A stretch of DNA of 64,000 nucleotides from Pseudomonadota bacterium (lineage in GTDB: Bacteria > Pseudomonadota > Gammaproteobacteria > Burkholderiales > JABEVD01), in the NCBI GenBank assembly GCA_021806605.1, contig JAJZQY010000004.1, positions 28,251 through 92,250 of the forward strand, in the 5' to 3' direction. The notes under the pieces were generated by a model that searched no databases, was not told the DNA's origin, and worked only from the letters and a program-made list of their open reading frames with translations. Position 1 is the first letter of the stretch; each line of letters begins with the position of its first letter. The position numbers and the translations under genes are program-made. Below are positions 22,806-34,090 of the stretch, in pieces.

Positions 22806-24869
22806 ATGGACATCCTTGCCGGGCTGAATCCGGAGCAAATCGAAGCAGTCACCCTCCCTCACCGTTCCGCCCTGATCCTTGCAGGCGCGGGAAGCGGCAA
22901 GACACGGGTCCTCACCTCCCGCATCGCCCACCTGATCCAGAAACAGGGAGTCTCCCCCCACGAAATACTCGCAGTCACCTTCACCAACAAGGCGGCGCGG
23001 GAGATGACGGCGCGCATTTCGGCGATGCTGCCGATCAACATCAGGGGCATGTGGATCGGCACCTTCCACGGCCTGTGCAACAGGATGCTGCGCGCCCATC
23101 ACCGGGAAGCCGGGCTTCCCGAGACCTTCCAGATCATGGACAGCGCAGACCAGCTTGCCATGGTCAAGCGCGTCATCAGGAGCCTCAACCTGGACGACGA
23201 GAAATATCCCCCGAAGCAGCTGCAGCATTTCATCAACGGCAGCAAGGAGGAAGGGCTGAGGCCGCACGATGTATCCGTCTACGACACCTTCACGCGCACC
23301 CAGCAGGAAATCTTCTCCGCCTATGAAGCGCAATGCAACCGGGAAGGCGTGGTCGATTTCGCCGAACTCCTGCTCAGATCCTTCGAGCTCCTGAAGCGCA
23401 ACGAAATTCTGCGGGAGCACTACCAGACGCGCTTCAGGCACCTGCTGATAGACGAGTTCCAGGACACGAACCGCCTCCAGTACCAGTGGCTCAAGCTTCT
23501 CGCAGGAAAGGATTCGGCGATTTTCGCGGTCGGCGACGACGACCAGTCCATCTATGCATTTCGCGGGGCGGATACCGGCAACATGCGCGAACTTGAGCGG
23601 GATTTCCATATCAGGGACATCATCAAGCTGGAGCAGAATTACCGCTCCCACGGCAACATCCTCGATGCAGCCAATGCGTTGATCCGGCACAACGCCTCCC
23701 GGCTGGGCAAGAATCTCTGGACCAGCGACGCCAGGGGCGAGAAACTGCGCTTCTATCAGGCGCCCACCGACCTTCAGGAAGCCGAATACATCGTGGAGGA
23801 AATCCAATCGCTGCATTCGGGCGGCGTGCCGCTCAACGACATCGCCTTGCTTTACCGTTCCAACGCCCAGTCGCGGGTGCTGGAACATGCGCTTTTCAAT
23901 GCCTCCCTATCCTATCGCGTGTATGGCGGATTACGCTTCTTCGAACGGCAGGAGATCAAGCATGCGCTCGCCTACCTGAGGCTGGTCCACAATCCGGACG
24001 ACGACGGCGCGCTCTTGCGGGTGATCAATTTCCCGGCCAGGGGAATCGGGGCCAAGACGATCGAGTCGCTCCAGGCGACTGCTGGCGGGGGAAGTCTTTG
24101 GGCCGCCGCCAGGGGAAAGGGCAGGAAAATCGACGATTTCATCCGCCTCATCGAAGCCATGCAGCGGGAATGCCATGGCGCTGCGCTCGCCGAGACGGTC
24201 GAAACCGTGATCGAGATGAGCGGCCTCAAGTCGCATTATCTGCACGAGAAGGACGGCGAAGACCGGCTGGAGAATCTGGACGAACTCGTCAATGCCGCGG
24301 CCCTCTTCGAATCCGAAGGAGACCCCCTGGTCGAATTTCTCTCCCATGCCGCACTGGAAGCCGGAGAGCGCCAGAGCGGCGAAGGATCGGATGCGGTCCA
24401 GCTCATGACTGTGCATTCCGCGAAGGGGCTGGAATTTCATGCGGTATTCGTCAGCGGACTGGAGGAAGGGCTGTTTCCCCACAGCAACAGCAGGAATGAA
24501 GCCGGGGGCATCGAGGAGGAGCGGCGCCTGATGTACGTCGCGCTCACCCGCGCAAGGAGAAGGCTTTACCTCAGCTGCGCGCAAAGCAGGATGCTGCACG
24601 GCCAGACGAATTACAACATTCCTTCGCGCTTTCTGAAGGAAATCCCGGAGGAGCTGATCCAGCCCATCGGCATCGCCGAATTCGGAGATGCGCCCGCCTC
24701 GTTTTCCGGCAAAGCATCCCCCTGGCGGATCGGGGCGAATGTCTTCCATCCCAAGTTCGGGGAAGGCGTGGTCCTCGCCTGCGAAGGAGCCGAGCAGGTT
24801 CAGGTCAACTTCAGAAGGGCGGGGATGAAGTGGCTGGCGCTGGAATATGCCAATCTGATCGCGATCTAG
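22806..24869 (+). CDS. uvrD: ATP-dependent DNA helicase UvrD (SF1)
   Basis: The ATG at 22806 lies inside track ORF 22374..24869. The product shows LNPEQIEAV..LILAGAGSGKTRVL, VTFTNKAAREM, DEFQDTN and VALTRAR. Confidence 0.9.
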   Translation: MDILAGLNPEQIEAVTLPHRSALILAGAGSGKTRVLTSRIAHLIQKQGVSPHEILAVTFTNKAAREMTARISAMLPINIRGMWIGTFHGLCNRMLRAHHREAGLPETFQIMDSADQLAMVKRVIRSLNLDDEKYPPKQLQHFINGSKEEGLRPHDVSVYDTFTRTQQEIFSAYEAQCNREGVVDFAELLLRSFELLKRNEILREHYQTRFRHLLIDEFQDTNRLQYQWLKLLAGKDSAIFAVGDDDQSIYAFRGADTGNMRELERDFHIRDIIKLEQNYRSHGNILDAANALIRHNASRLGKNLWTSDARGEKLRFYQAPTDLQEAEYIVEEIQSLHSGGVPLNDIALLYRSNAQSRVLEHALFNASLSYRVYGGLRFFERQEIKHALAYLRLVHNPDDDGALLRVINFPARGIGAKTIESLQATAGGGSLWAAARGKGRKIDDFIRLIEAMQRECHGAALAETVETVIEMSGLKSHYLHEKDGEDRLENLDELVNAAALFESEGDPLVEFLSHAALEAGERQSGEGSDAVQLMTVHSAKGLEFHAVFVSGLEEGLFPHSNSRNEAGGIEEERRLMYVALTRARRRLYLSCAQSRMLHGQTNYNIPSRFLKEIPEELIQPIGIAEFGDAPASFSGKASPWRIGANVFHPKFGEGVVLACEGAEQVQVNFRRAGMKWLALEYANLIAI

Positions 24870-24878
24870 CAGGAAAAG

Positions 24879-25751
24879 CTACTTCTTCCTGGAGCGGGGA
24901 TGGGCTGCGTCGTAAACCCTGGCGAGATGCTGGAAATCCAGGTGAGTGTAAACCTGGGTGGTCGAGATGCTGGCATGCCCCAGCATTTCCTGCACCGCAC
25001 GCAGATCTCCGCTCGACTGCAGCACATGGGATGCGAAGGAATGCCGCAGCATGTGGGGATGAATATGCCCCGGCATGCCCTGCTTCACGCCCCACGAACT
25101 GATGCGGTACTGGATGGCGCGCTGGCTGATGGGGCGGCCGTTTCTGTTCAGGAAAAGAGCCTCTTCCCCTTCCCTTGCCAGATTCTTTCGCACTTCCAGC
25201 CATTTTTCGATTGCGGCAATCGCCATGCGCCCCACCGGAACCACCCGGGTCTTGTTTCCCTTGCCTGTCACTCGCACCGTTCCCTCGCCGAAATCGATGT
25301 CGCGGCCGGCCAGATGCTTCAGTTCGGAAAGCCGCAGTCCCGATGAATAGAACAGTTCGAACATGGCCTTGTCGCGCAGGCTCAACACGTCTTCCGCATC
25401 GTTGGCAAGGAACCTGTTCGCCTCGTCCGGAGAAAGCGCTTCGGGAAGATTCCTGGGAGACTTCGGCGGGCGGAGGCCCGTTGCCGGATTATGGGTGTGT
25501 CCGTGGTCGCGCACCAGATAATTGAAGTAGCTGCGCCATGCAGAAAGCGTCCGGGCAAGGCTTCTTCCGCTCAAGCCCCCGGCGTGCAGCCTGGCGACGA
25601 AGTGGCGCAGATGGTGGATCCTGATGTCTTCGAGAGGAGTATCCTGCGCAAGACCGAGCAGCAGGCCCACATCCCTCAGGTAATTTTCGCAAGTCAATCG
25701 GCTCAGGCGCCGCTCGTTCGACAGGTGCGACCTGTAGCCCTCAAGATGCAT
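24879..25751 (-). CDS. xerC: Tyrosine recombinase XerC
   Basis: Catalytic-region motifs are HMLRHSFASH and LGHASISTTQVYTH. dapF-DUF484-xerC synteny supports the call. Confidence 0.9.
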   Translation of the reverse strand: MHLEGYRSHLSNERRLSRLTCENYLRDVGLLLGLAQDTPLEDIRIHHLRHFVARLHAGGLSGRSLARTLSAWRSYFNYLVRDHGHTHNPATGLRPPKSPRNLPEALSPDEANRFLANDAEDVLSLRDKAMFELFYSSGLRLSELKHLAGRDIDFGEGTVRVTGKGNKTRVVPVGRMAIAAIEKWLEVRKNLAREGEEALFLNRNGRPISQRAIQYRISSWGVKQGMPGHIHPHMLRHSFASHVLQSSGDLRAVQEMLGHASISTTQVYTHLDFQHLARVYDAAHPRSRKK

Positions 25752-25752
25752 G

Positions 25753-26397
25753 TCAGAAGCGGGAAAGCGCAGCCGCCACCCACTCGCCTATGCGCTTCAG
25801 GTGCAGCGTGCCGATGTCCGGGTCGAAGCGCCGCGGGTCCTCGGAAGCCAGCACCAGCAACCCCTTCGCCCTTTCCCCGGGGAGCGGCACCAGGGCGAAG
25901 GAGCGCAGATGCTCCCCCGCTTCCCCGAACCAGGACAGCAGCCCGGGAGCGACATGGTGCCCGCAATGGGGCTGGGTCAGGCTCTCCGCAATCTCGATCT
26001 CGCTCGCGCCGACCGGCGAAAATTCCGGAAGATCGGCACCCGAATCCATTCCCCATACCCTGAGCGCGACATGGGGGACTTCGAAATCCTCGCGCAGATT
26101 GTTTTCCAGAACATAGAGCAAAGCCTCCATGGAGCGGGCTTTCAGCAGGGCAAGCGACAGCCTGTGCATTTTCTCGCCGATGTCGTCGTTTTCCTCGCCG
26201 AACCGGATCAGTTCCCGCAGCTTGGTCTCGATCAGCCGGTTCTTCTCCCGCAAGGTAATCAGCTGCCTCTCCCCGATGGGAATCGCCCTGCCGTCGTGCG
26301 GATGGGGCACGTAGATGCTCGCCAGAAGATCGGCATAGTGTTCGGCAAACTCCGGGTTTTGCTGCAAATATTGTGCGACTTCCTCTGCTGTCATCAT
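25753..26397 (-). CDS. DUF484 (YigA-like) protein
   Basis: The N-terminus [14 protein letters not shown] is typical, and the gene sits in the usual slot between dapF and xerC. Confidence 0.85.
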   Translation of the reverse strand: MMTAEEVAQYLQQNPEFAEHYADLLASIYVPHPHDGRAIPIGERQLITLREKNRLIETKLRELIRFGEENDDIGEKMHRLSLALLKARSMEALLYVLENNLREDFEVPHVALRVWGMDSGADLPEFSPVGASEIEIAESLTQPHCGHHVAPGLLSWFGEAGEHLRSFALVPLPGERAKGLLVLASEDPRRFDPDIGTLHLKRIGEWVAAALSRF

Positions 26398-27233
26398 GCC
26401 TTCCTCAGTTCGATTTCGCCTTCATAAACGCTGACGGCAGGCCCCGTCATCCAGACCGGATGGCCTTCGCCCTCCCAGCGCACGACAAGCTCCCCGCCGC
26501 GCGTACTCACCCTGACCGCATTGTCGAGCAGCCCCCGCGCAATCCCGGCGACCACCGCCGCGCAGGCGCCCGTGCCGCAGGCGAGCGTCTCGCCCGCCCC
26601 CCGCTCGTAAACCCGCAAGCGGATGGATTTCCTGTCCAAAATCTGCATGAATCCCGCGTTCACCCGCTTCGGAAAACGGGGATGGGATTCGATCGATGCG
26701 CCCTGAACCGTTACCGGAGCGGAATCGACGTCATGCACCACCTGCACCGCATGCGGGTTTCCCATGGAAAGAGCGCTGATCTCCAGCTCCTTTCCGTCCA
26801 CGTCCAGCGCGTAGGTGAGCGCCTTCTTTTCGGCCAGAAAAGGAATTTCGTTCGGCTCGAATTTCGGCTCGCCCATGTTCACGGTGACCTGCCCGTCCTG
26901 CTCCAGCCTGGGGGCAATCATGCCGCCCAGCGTTTCCACCAGGATTTCGCGCTTCCCGGTGAGCTTCTTGTCGTGAACGAAGCGTACGAAGCATCTCGCC
27001 CCGTTGCCGCATTGCTCGACTTCGCCGCCGTCCGCATTGAAAATGCGGTATCTGAAATCGGCCTCCATTCCGGAAGGTTTTTCGACGACCAGAATCTGGT
27101 CGCAGCCTATTCCGAAATGCCTGTCGGCGAGAAACCTGAACTGCCGGGAATCCAATTCGATCTTCCTGGAAAAGCCATCGATCACCACGAAATCGTTGCC
27201 AAGTCCATGCATTTTCGTGAATTCGATCTTCAT
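26394..27233 (-). CDS. dapF: Diaminopimelate epimerase
   Basis: The internal ATG at 27233 gives [19 protein letters not shown]. The catalytic Cys motifs are QCGNGARC and ACGTGACA. Confidence 0.95.
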   Translation of the reverse strand: MKIEFTKMHGLGNDFVVIDGFSRKIELDSRQFRFLADRHFGIGCDQILVVEKPSGMEADFRYRIFNADGGEVEQCGNGARCFVRFVHDKKLTGKREILVETLGGMIAPRLEQDGQVTVNMGEPKFEPNEIPFLAEKKALTYALDVDGKELEISALSMGNPHAVQVVHDVDSAPVTVQGASIESHPRFPKRVNAGFMQILDRKSIRLRVYERGAGETLACGTGACAAVVAGIARGLLDNAVRVSTRGGELVVRWEGEGHPVWMTGPAVSVYEGEIELRKA

Positions 27234-27234
27234 T

Positions 27235-28449
27235 TCAGGCCACCACGACCCTGGCATACTTGCGCTTTCCGATCTGCAGCACGGCAGAGCTCCCCCGCTC
27301 CAGCCTGAGCGCCTTGTCGCTGACCTTTTCTCCATCGATTTTCACGCCGCCCTGCCCTATCATCCTGAGCGCCTCCGAAGTACTCGAAGTGAGGCCCGCC
27401 TGCTTGAGCACCTGGATCAGGGGAATTTCCCCATCGACAGACTCGATCGTGAATTCGGCAATGTCTTCCGGAATCGCCCCGCCCCTGAATCTCGCCTCGA
27501 AATCCTCGAGCGCGCCCTTCGCCGCGTGCCTGTCGTGGAAGCGGGCGATGATTTCCTGCGCGAACATCACCTTGATGTCGCGGGGGTTGCGCCCCTCCCC
27601 GACCTCCCGGCGCCAGGCGGCGATGGTTTGCGCGGATTCGAACGAGAGCAGTTCCAGATAGCGCCACATCAACTCGTCGGATATGGACATCAGCTTGCCG
27701 AAAATCTCCGCGGGCGCCTCGCTGATGCCGACGTAATTGCCGAGCGACTTGGACATCTTGTTCACGCCGTCGAGACCTTCCAGAAGCGGCATGGTCAGGA
27801 TGCACTGCGGGGCCTGCCCGTAATGCTTCTGCAATTCCCTGCCCATCAGCAGGTTGAATTTCTGGTCGGTGCCGCCGATTTCGAGATCGGCCTGCAAGGC
27901 GACCGAATCGTAACCCTGAACCAGCGGGTAGAGAAATTCGTGGATGGCGATAGGCTGGTTGGCTTTGTAGCGCTTGCCGAAGTCATCCCGCTCCAGCATC
28001 CTCGCCACGGTAGAAGTGGAAGCCAGCCGGATCATGCCGGCGGAGCCCAGCCCATCCATCCAGCTCGAATTGAACACCACTTCCGTGCGTTCGGGATTCA
28101 GCACCTTGAAAACCTGGTCCGCATAGGATTTCGCATTCTCCAGAATCTGCTCCCTGGAAAGCGGCGGCCTGGTCGCGTTCTTTCCGGTGGGATCGCCGAT
28201 CATGCCCGTGAAATCCCCGATCAGGAAAAGGGCCTGGTGCCCCAGATCCTGCAATTGCCTCAGCTTGTTGAGGAGCACGGTATGCCCGAGATGCAGGTCG
28301 GGCGCAGTGGGGTCGAACCCCGCCTTGATCCTCAAGGAAGCCTTCGAGGCAAGCTTTTGAGCGAATTCCTCCTCGACCAGAAGTTCGTCGCATCCTCTTT
28401 TGATGATCGCCATGGCCTCGGCTGGCGTCGCCTGTATCGTTTTGTCCAA
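27235..28449 (-). CDS. tyrS: Tyrosine--tRNA ligase (type 2)
   Basis: The product has HLGH and KMSKSLGN motifs and a C-terminal S4-like domain. The start is the TTG at 28449, with an in-frame ATG 12 codons downstream as an alternative. Confidence 0.95.
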   Translation of the reverse strand: MDKTIQATPAEAMAIIKRGCDELLVEEEFAQKLASKASLRIKAGFDPTAPDLHLGHTVLLNKLRQLQDLGHQALFLIGDFTGMIGDPTGKNATRPPLSREQILENAKSYADQVFKVLNPERTEVVFNSSWMDGLGSAGMIRLASTSTVARMLERDDFGKRYKANQPIAIHEFLYPLVQGYDSVALQADLEIGGTDQKFNLLMGRELQKHYGQAPQCILTMPLLEGLDGVNKMSKSLGNYVGISEAPAEIFGKLMSISDELMWRYLELLSFESAQTIAAWRREVGEGRNPRDIKVMFAQEIIARFHDRHAAKGALEDFEARFRGGAIPEDIAEFTIESVDGEIPLIQVLKQAGLTSSTSEALRMIGQGGVKIDGEKVSDKALRLERGSSAVLQIGKRKYARVVVA

Positions 28450-28527
28450 AATTCAATTCACCGAAAAAGTCATATTTCCGTTATTTTTCTGATATCATGC
28501 GCCTAATTAGGAAGAAACGGGACTCCA

Positions 28528-29844
28528 ATGCAGCGCTTTAAAGACCTAATTCTAACGCAAAAACCGCTGATCCTTGAACGAAAAATCAAACTGCGCTGGC
28601 TGGTTGGCGCATCCAGCATTCCCCTTTTCGGCATCATCGCAGCATTCGGCATCGCCCCGAGTTCGCGTCTCGACAATGTCCCGCTTCAGACCGTGGTCGA
28701 GAACGTCAAGCTTCCCGATTTCTCCGGGCAGGAACAGAGTCTGGTTTTCTGGCGCGAGGAAAAGATTCAGCGGGGAGACACCATCGGCACATTGCTTTCC
28801 AGGCTAAAAGTGGTGGATCCCGAAGCCGCCAGTTTCCTGCGCAATCCGAAAAATTCCCATTCCCTCTACCAGCTGACTCCCGGCAGGACGGTTCAGGCGA
28901 AAACCGACCAGAACGGACTCCTGATCTCGTTGCGCTATCTGGATGCCGCAGGCGACGAGCTCACCGTAGAGCGCACTGCCCAGGGATTGCAATCGAAGGA
29001 GCAGTCGGCCTATCTCGAAACGCGCGTCCTGATGAAATCGGCCGCCATCGGCAGTTCCCTGTTCGCTGCAACCGACAGCGTCGGGTTGCCCGATTCGGTC
29101 GCGACCCAGATCGCCGACATGTTCGCCTCCGACATCGACTTCCACAAGGACCTGCGCAGGGGCGATCATTTCACCGTGGTCTACGAAATGCTCTACAGCA
29201 ATGGAGAACCCGTGAAAGTGGGACGCATCCTGGCTGCGGAATTCGTCAATCAGGGCAAAAGCCACCGCGCCATCTACTTCCAGACCCCGGGCGGGAACGG
29301 AGGCTACTACACGCCAGAAGGAAAGAGTCTGAGAAAAGCCTTCCTGCGCTGCCCGCTGCCGTTTTCCAGGGTCACTTCCGGCTTCACCACGGCCAGGTTC
29401 CATCCGTTCCTGCTGAAGTGGCGGGCGCACAAGGGAGTCGACTTCGGCGCGCCCATAGGCACGCCCGTCAGGGCGACCGCGGACGGGCGGGTTGAATTCA
29501 GGGGTGTCCAGCGCGGCTACGGCAATGTGATCATCCTTCAGCATCAGGGCCGCTTCTCCACCGCCTATGGTCATCTTTCCCGTTTCGCCAAGGGGCTGCA
29601 CAAGGGCGAAAAGATCAGCCAGGGCGAAATCATCGGCTATGTCGGCATGACGGGATGGGCGACCGGCCCCCATCTGCATTACGAATTCCGGGTCAACGAC
29701 AAGCCGGTCGATCCCCTCAAGGTCGCATTGCCGGGCGCAAAACCGCTCGGCGCGCAATATGCCAGCGCCTTCCGCAATGAAGCCAGGCCTCTGGCGGAGA
29801 GGCTGGACCTGATGCGCAGCGTCAACCTCGCCAACCTGGATTGA
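28528..29844 (+). CDS. M23-family peptidoglycan endopeptidase with an OapA/LysM-like N-terminal region
   Basis: M23 motifs are HKGVDFGAPIGTPV and GWATGPHLHYEF. There is an N-terminal TM segment. Confidence 0.85.
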   Translation: MQRFKDLILTQKPLILERKIKLRWLVGASSIPLFGIIAAFGIAPSSRLDNVPLQTVVENVKLPDFSGQEQSLVFWREEKIQRGDTIGTLLSRLKVVDPEAASFLRNPKNSHSLYQLTPGRTVQAKTDQNGLLISLRYLDAAGDELTVERTAQGLQSKEQSAYLETRVLMKSAAIGSSLFAATDSVGLPDSVATQIADMFASDIDFHKDLRRGDHFTVVYEMLYSNGEPVKVGRILAAEFVNQGKSHRAIYFQTPGGNGGYYTPEGKSLRKAFLRCPLPFSRVTSGFTTARFHPFLLKWRAHKGVDFGAPIGTPVRATADGRVEFRGVQRGYGNVIILQHQGRFSTAYGHLSRFAKGLHKGEKISQGEIIGYVGMTGWATGPHLHYEFRVNDKPVDPLKVALPGAKPLGAQYASAFRNEARPLAERLDLMRSVNLANLD

Positions 29845-30962
29845 CCGGGAATCCGATTACAGGTTCTGCCCCGGCCGAATATCATATCGGCCTGATGTCC
29901 GGCACCAGCCTCGACGGCGCGGATGCGGTTCTGGCCGATTTTCGCGCCGACCAGCCTGAAATCCTGGGTCACGCTCATCTCCCCTATCCCCGCAGCCTGC
30001 GCGAGCAACTGCTCGAACTCCACCGGATCTCCGGCGGCGAGATCGAAAAGGCCGAACTGATTGCAATAACGCTCTCCCGGCTTTACGCGCAGTGCGTTGC
30101 GATGCTGCTGGAAAATGCCGCCGTCCCGAAGCAGGCCATCGCCGCCATCGGCTGCCACGGACAGACCGTCCGCCACAGGCCGGAATCCGGCTACTCGGTG
30201 CAGCTCGTCAATTCTCCCCTGCTTGCCGAACTCACCGGAATTACCGTGGTCTCGAATTTCAGGAACAGGGATATCGCCGCGGGAGGGCAGGGCGCCCCGC
30301 TCGTTCCAGCATTTCATGCCGCGATGCTGCGCAGCCCGAAAGTGCACCGGGCAGTCCTGAATCTGGGCGGAATCGCTAATCTCACCGACCTGCCCGCAAA
30401 AGGCCCGGTCACCGGATTCGACTGCGGCCCGGCGAACATGCTGATGGATGCCTGGATTGAATCGAATCTCGGAAAAACCTACGACGAAAGCGGAAACTGG
30501 GCTTCGTCGGGCAAGGTCATCAATGACCTGCTGGAATCCCTCATGCAGGACGGATATTTCAGGCAGGCGCCCCCGAAAAGCACCGGGCGGGACAGATTCA
30601 ATCTCGAATGGCTGAAAAGCCGCCTCAGGGGAGGCGAAGACCCAGCCGACGTCCAGGCGACGCTGCTCCAATTGACTGCCCGATCGATCGCGGAAGCGAT
30701 CCGGGCGCATTGCGCAGGCGTCCGGGAAATCTACCTGTGCGGCGGCGGCGCATACAATGCCCTGCTGAGAAAAACCCTGGAAGGCCTGCTGCCCGGGCTC
30801 TCATTCGCCCTGACGGACGAGCTGGGAATCGGTGCCTGCCACATGGAGGCCGCAGCCTTCGCCTGGCTGGCGAGGCAGGCGATGAAGGGGCTGCCCGGAA
30901 ACCTGCCTGAGGTTACCGGGGCAAGGGGAAAAAGAATCCTCGGGGCGATCCACCCCGCGTAA
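29841..30962 (+). CDS. anmK: Anhydro-N-acetylmuramic acid kinase
   Basis: The product begins with GLMSGTSLDGADAVL. The TTG start overlaps the upstream stop (TTGA). Confidence 0.92.
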   Translation: MTGNPITGSAPAEYHIGLMSGTSLDGADAVLADFRADQPEILGHAHLPYPRSLREQLLELHRISGGEIEKAELIAITLSRLYAQCVAMLLENAAVPKQAIAAIGCHGQTVRHRPESGYSVQLVNSPLLAELTGITVVSNFRNRDIAAGGQGAPLVPAFHAAMLRSPKVHRAVLNLGGIANLTDLPAKGPVTGFDCGPANMLMDAWIESNLGKTYDESGNWASSGKVINDLLESLMQDGYFRQAPPKSTGRDRFNLEWLKSRLRGGEDPADVQATLLQLTARSIAEAIRAHCAGVREIYLCGGGAYNALLRKTLEGLLPGLSFALTDELGIGACHMEAAAFAWLARQAMKGLPGNLPEVTGARGKRILGAIHPA

Positions 30963-30963
30963 C

Positions 30964-31308
30964 TCAGACCGAGAAGGAGGAGCCGCAGCCGCAGGTGGAC
31001 TGGGCGTTCGGGTTCTTGATGATGAACTGGGCGCCTTCCAGCCCTTCCTGATAGTCGATTTCCGCGCCGACCAGATACTGGAAGCTCATCGGATCGATCA
31101 GCAGCTGCACGCCGTTCTTTGACATCATCGTGTCGTCTTCGTTGACGCTTTCATCGAAAGTGAAACCATACTGGAAGCCGGAGCACCCGCCCCCCGTCAC
31201 GAAAACCCTCAGTTTCAGCTCATCGTTGCCTTCTTCCTCGATCAGCTGCTTCACCTTGTTCGCCGCGCTGTCGGTGAAGATCAGTGGCGTTTCGGTCATG
31301 GCGTTCAT
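30964..31308 (-). CDS. erpA: Iron-sulfur cluster insertion protein ErpA
   Basis: The product has an HesB/IscA fold with the CGCGSSF C-terminal motif and is 114 aa long. Confidence 0.93.
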   Translation of the reverse strand: MNAMTETPLIFTDSAANKVKQLIEEEGNDELKLRVFVTGGGCSGFQYGFTFDESVNEDDTMMSKNGVQLLIDPMSFQYLVGAEIDYQEGLEGAQFIIKNPNAQSTCGCGSSFSV

Positions 31309-31465
31309 AATATTTCTCCAAGTAATTTTGTCCCATTATGCGATTCTGTCAAAGCCCGGTCAACTGGCATGTATTCCCGAATATGACAATGCCGGAATCC
31401 AGGAGTTGCAATTTGAGGTATAATTCCACACCTATCCGCACAGACCCTCCCCATTCACAATTCTC

Positions 31466-33262
31466 ATGAACGTATTTTACGAGGAAGACGGCGCATTCAA
31501 GGCGGGTTCCGTCCTCGCCGACAACACCACCTCGTTGCAAGTCGAGTCCACCCACGGCAAGCGCAGCAAAATCAAGGCAGCTTCCGTGCTCATCCGTTTC
31601 CAGAAACCCGATCTTTCGGGATTCATGGAAGCCGCCCAGCAGGTGGCTGACGGAATCGCCCCCGACTTCCTCTGGGAATGCTGTTCGGGCGAGGAATTCT
31701 CGTTCGATGCGTTGAGCGAGGAGTATTTCGGTCACGCGCCCTCCCCTCTGGAAAGCGCGGGAGTGCTCATCAGGCTTCACCATTCCCCCATGTATTTCTA
31801 CAAGAAGGGCAAGGGGAAATACAAGGCCGCCCCGTCGGACGCGCTGAAAGCCGCTCTGGCGAGCCAGGAGAAGAAGCGCAGGCAGGCCGAATTGCAGGCG
31901 AGCCTTTCCGCGGAGCTCGAAAATCGCCGGCTTCCGGACGAATTCGTTCCGATACTGCCTAGCCTGCTGTACGACCCAGACAAAAACAGCATCGCCTACA
32001 AGGCGCTCGCTCAGGCTTGCGAGGCATCCGGACTTTCTGCCGCCCGCCTGCTCGAAGAATGCGGTGCCCTGCCTTCCAGCCACGACTATCATCTGAACCG
32101 CTTCCTTTTCGAGCATTTCCCGAAAGGCATTCCGGTTCCGGAAGCGTGCGGAATTCCCGAATTGCCGGATCTGCCCATGGGAGACGCGAAAGCTTTCAGC
32201 ATAGACGATGCGGCCACCACCGAAATCGACGACGCATTTTCGGTCTCATTCCCGGAAAACGGAAACCTGCGCATCGGCATCCATATCGCCGCGCCGGCCC
32301 TCGGCATCCCGGTGGGCTCCGGCATCGATCTTCATGCGCTCAAGATGCTTTCGACCATCTACATCCCGGGGCGGAAATTCACCATGCTCCCGGAAGAAGG
32401 GATCGACGCCTTCACCCTTTCCGAAAACGCGATCTGTCCTGTCGCCTCCCTATATGTCGAGGTGGATGAGAACTTCGAGGTGGTCGCCACGCGCAACGCA
32501 CTGGAACGGATAGCGATCGTCTCCAATCTCAGGCACGAGACCATGGCATCCGACAGGCGCTTCGAAAAAGAGATGGGGATCCTCCTCGACTTCGCCAGCA
32601 AGCTGGAATCCGCCAGGGGAAAGGCCGGCAATACGAATCAGGTCGACTACAATTTCCATGTCGAGAACGACCGCGTTACAATCAGCGAGAGAAAGCGCGG
32701 CTCCCCCCTCGACAAGGTCGTCTCGGAACTCATGATCTACGCCAACACGGAATGGGCGAGGCAGCTCTCCGACAAGGGATTGCCTGCGATCTACCGTTCG
32801 CAGAACAACGGCAAGGTGCGCCAGGACACCAGGCCGGCTCCGCACCAGGGGCTGGGCGTTTCCCAGTACGCCTGGACCACTTCCCCCCTGCGCCGCTACG
32901 TCGATCTCGTCAACCAGAGACAGCTGGTTGCGATGATCAACGGCACCGATCCCGCCTACGAAAAGGGAAGCGACCAGGTTCCGGTCATCATGCGCGACTT
33001 CGACCAGGCTTACGAAATCTACAACGGCTTCCAGCGCACCATGGAGCGCTACTGGTGCCTGAGGTGGCTGCTGCAGGAGAACGTTTCTTCGGCAAGCGGA
33101 ACCGTCCAGCGCGAAAACTGGGTCAAGCTCGACAAGCTCCCCCTCTCCTGCAAGGTGCCCTCCCTTCCCGAGATGGCGCCGGGCAGCCAGGTCATGCTGG
33201 AGATTTCGCATGTCGACCTTCTCGAACTCGGCTTCAATGCCAGATTCACGGAGAGAATCTGA
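31466..33262 (+). CDS. RNB-domain ribonuclease (RNase II/R family)
   Basis: The RNB catalytic motif SIDDAATTEIDDAFS is present, and TSPLRRYVDLVNQRQL appears later. The product is 598 aa long. Confidence 0.8.
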   Translation: MNVFYEEDGAFKAGSVLADNTTSLQVESTHGKRSKIKAASVLIRFQKPDLSGFMEAAQQVADGIAPDFLWECCSGEEFSFDALSEEYFGHAPSPLESAGVLIRLHHSPMYFYKKGKGKYKAAPSDALKAALASQEKKRRQAELQASLSAELENRRLPDEFVPILPSLLYDPDKNSIAYKALAQACEASGLSAARLLEECGALPSSHDYHLNRFLFEHFPKGIPVPEACGIPELPDLPMGDAKAFSIDDAATTEIDDAFSVSFPENGNLRIGIHIAAPALGIPVGSGIDLHALKMLSTIYIPGRKFTMLPEEGIDAFTLSENAICPVASLYVEVDENFEVVATRNALERIAIVSNLRHETMASDRRFEKEMGILLDFASKLESARGKAGNTNQVDYNFHVENDRVTISERKRGSPLDKVVSELMIYANTEWARQLSDKGLPAIYRSQNNGKVRQDTRPAPHQGLGVSQYAWTTSPLRRYVDLVNQRQLVAMINGTDPAYEKGSDQVPVIMRDFDQAYEIYNGFQRTMERYWCLRWLLQENVSSASGTVQRENWVKLDKLPLSCKVPSLPEMAPGSQVMLEISHVDLLELGFNARFTERI

Positions 33263-33265
33263 GCA

Positions 33266-34090
33266 ATGAGCGCGCGGCTGAGAGTCGGCATCTCCACGCT
33301 GATATCGGTTCTGCTGCACGCATTCCTGCTTTTCGGCATCGGATTCGAGGTTTCCCGAATGCTCAAGCATGCCGCCCCGCCGCTCGAAATCATCCTGGTC
33401 AACAGCAAGACTGCGCACAAGCCCGTCAAGGCCGATGCCCTGGCGCAGGCTAATCTTTCCGGAGGCGGGAACGTCGCCGAGAAGAGACGCGCAAAGTCTC
33501 CCCTCCCCCCCGTGGACACGCAGGAAATGCGCTCGGATGAAGTGGAAGCGAGGCAGGAGCAGCTTTCCCAGCTGGAGCGCGAGTCGAAGCATCTGCTGGC
33601 TGCGATAAAGGACAGCGAAACCGTGCAAAGCGACAAAAGAATCGCCGACACGCACGACCTCGCCCAGAAAAGCCTCGAAATCGCCCGCATCGAAGCGCAA
33701 ATCGACAACGACATGGATGCCTACCAGAAAATCCCGAAGGAAACCGATGTTTCGCCTTCCACCCGGGAATACCGCTTTGCCCGCTACGTCGAAGACTGGC
33801 GGATCAAGGTGGAGCGAATCGGCAGCCTGAATTTCCCGGAGGAAGCCAAGAGAAGGCAGATCTTCGGCAGCCTCCTGCTCAACGTCTGCATCAAGCCGGA
33901 CGGCTCGCTCGACAGGGTGGAGATCGTCCGCTCTTCCGGACACGGGATTCTCGACGATGCAGCGATCCGCATCGCCAGGCTTGCCGCCCCCTATGCTCCG
34001 CTGCCGAAAGACATCCGCAAGGACACCGACATCCTCTGCATCTACCGCACCTGGATGTTCACGAGATCAAACGAAATGGTGAGCAAATGA
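33266..34090 (+). CDS. TonB-family (TonB C-terminal domain) protein
   Basis: The product has an N-terminal TM segment (ISTLISVLLHAFLLFGIGF) and a charged coiled middle region. The C-terminal domain is TonB_C-like (GSLLLNVCIKPDGSLDRVEIVRSSGHGILDDAA). Confidence 0.65.
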   Translation: MSARLRVGISTLISVLLHAFLLFGIGFEVSRMLKHAAPPLEIILVNSKTAHKPVKADALAQANLSGGGNVAEKRRAKSPLPPVDTQEMRSDEVEARQEQLSQLERESKHLLAAIKDSETVQSDKRIADTHDLAQKSLEIARIEAQIDNDMDAYQKIPKETDVSPSTREYRFARYVEDWRIKVERIGSLNFPEEAKRRQIFGSLLLNVCIKPDGSLDRVEIVRSSGHGILDDAAIRIARLAAPYAPLPKDIRKDTDILCIYRTWMFTRSNEMVSK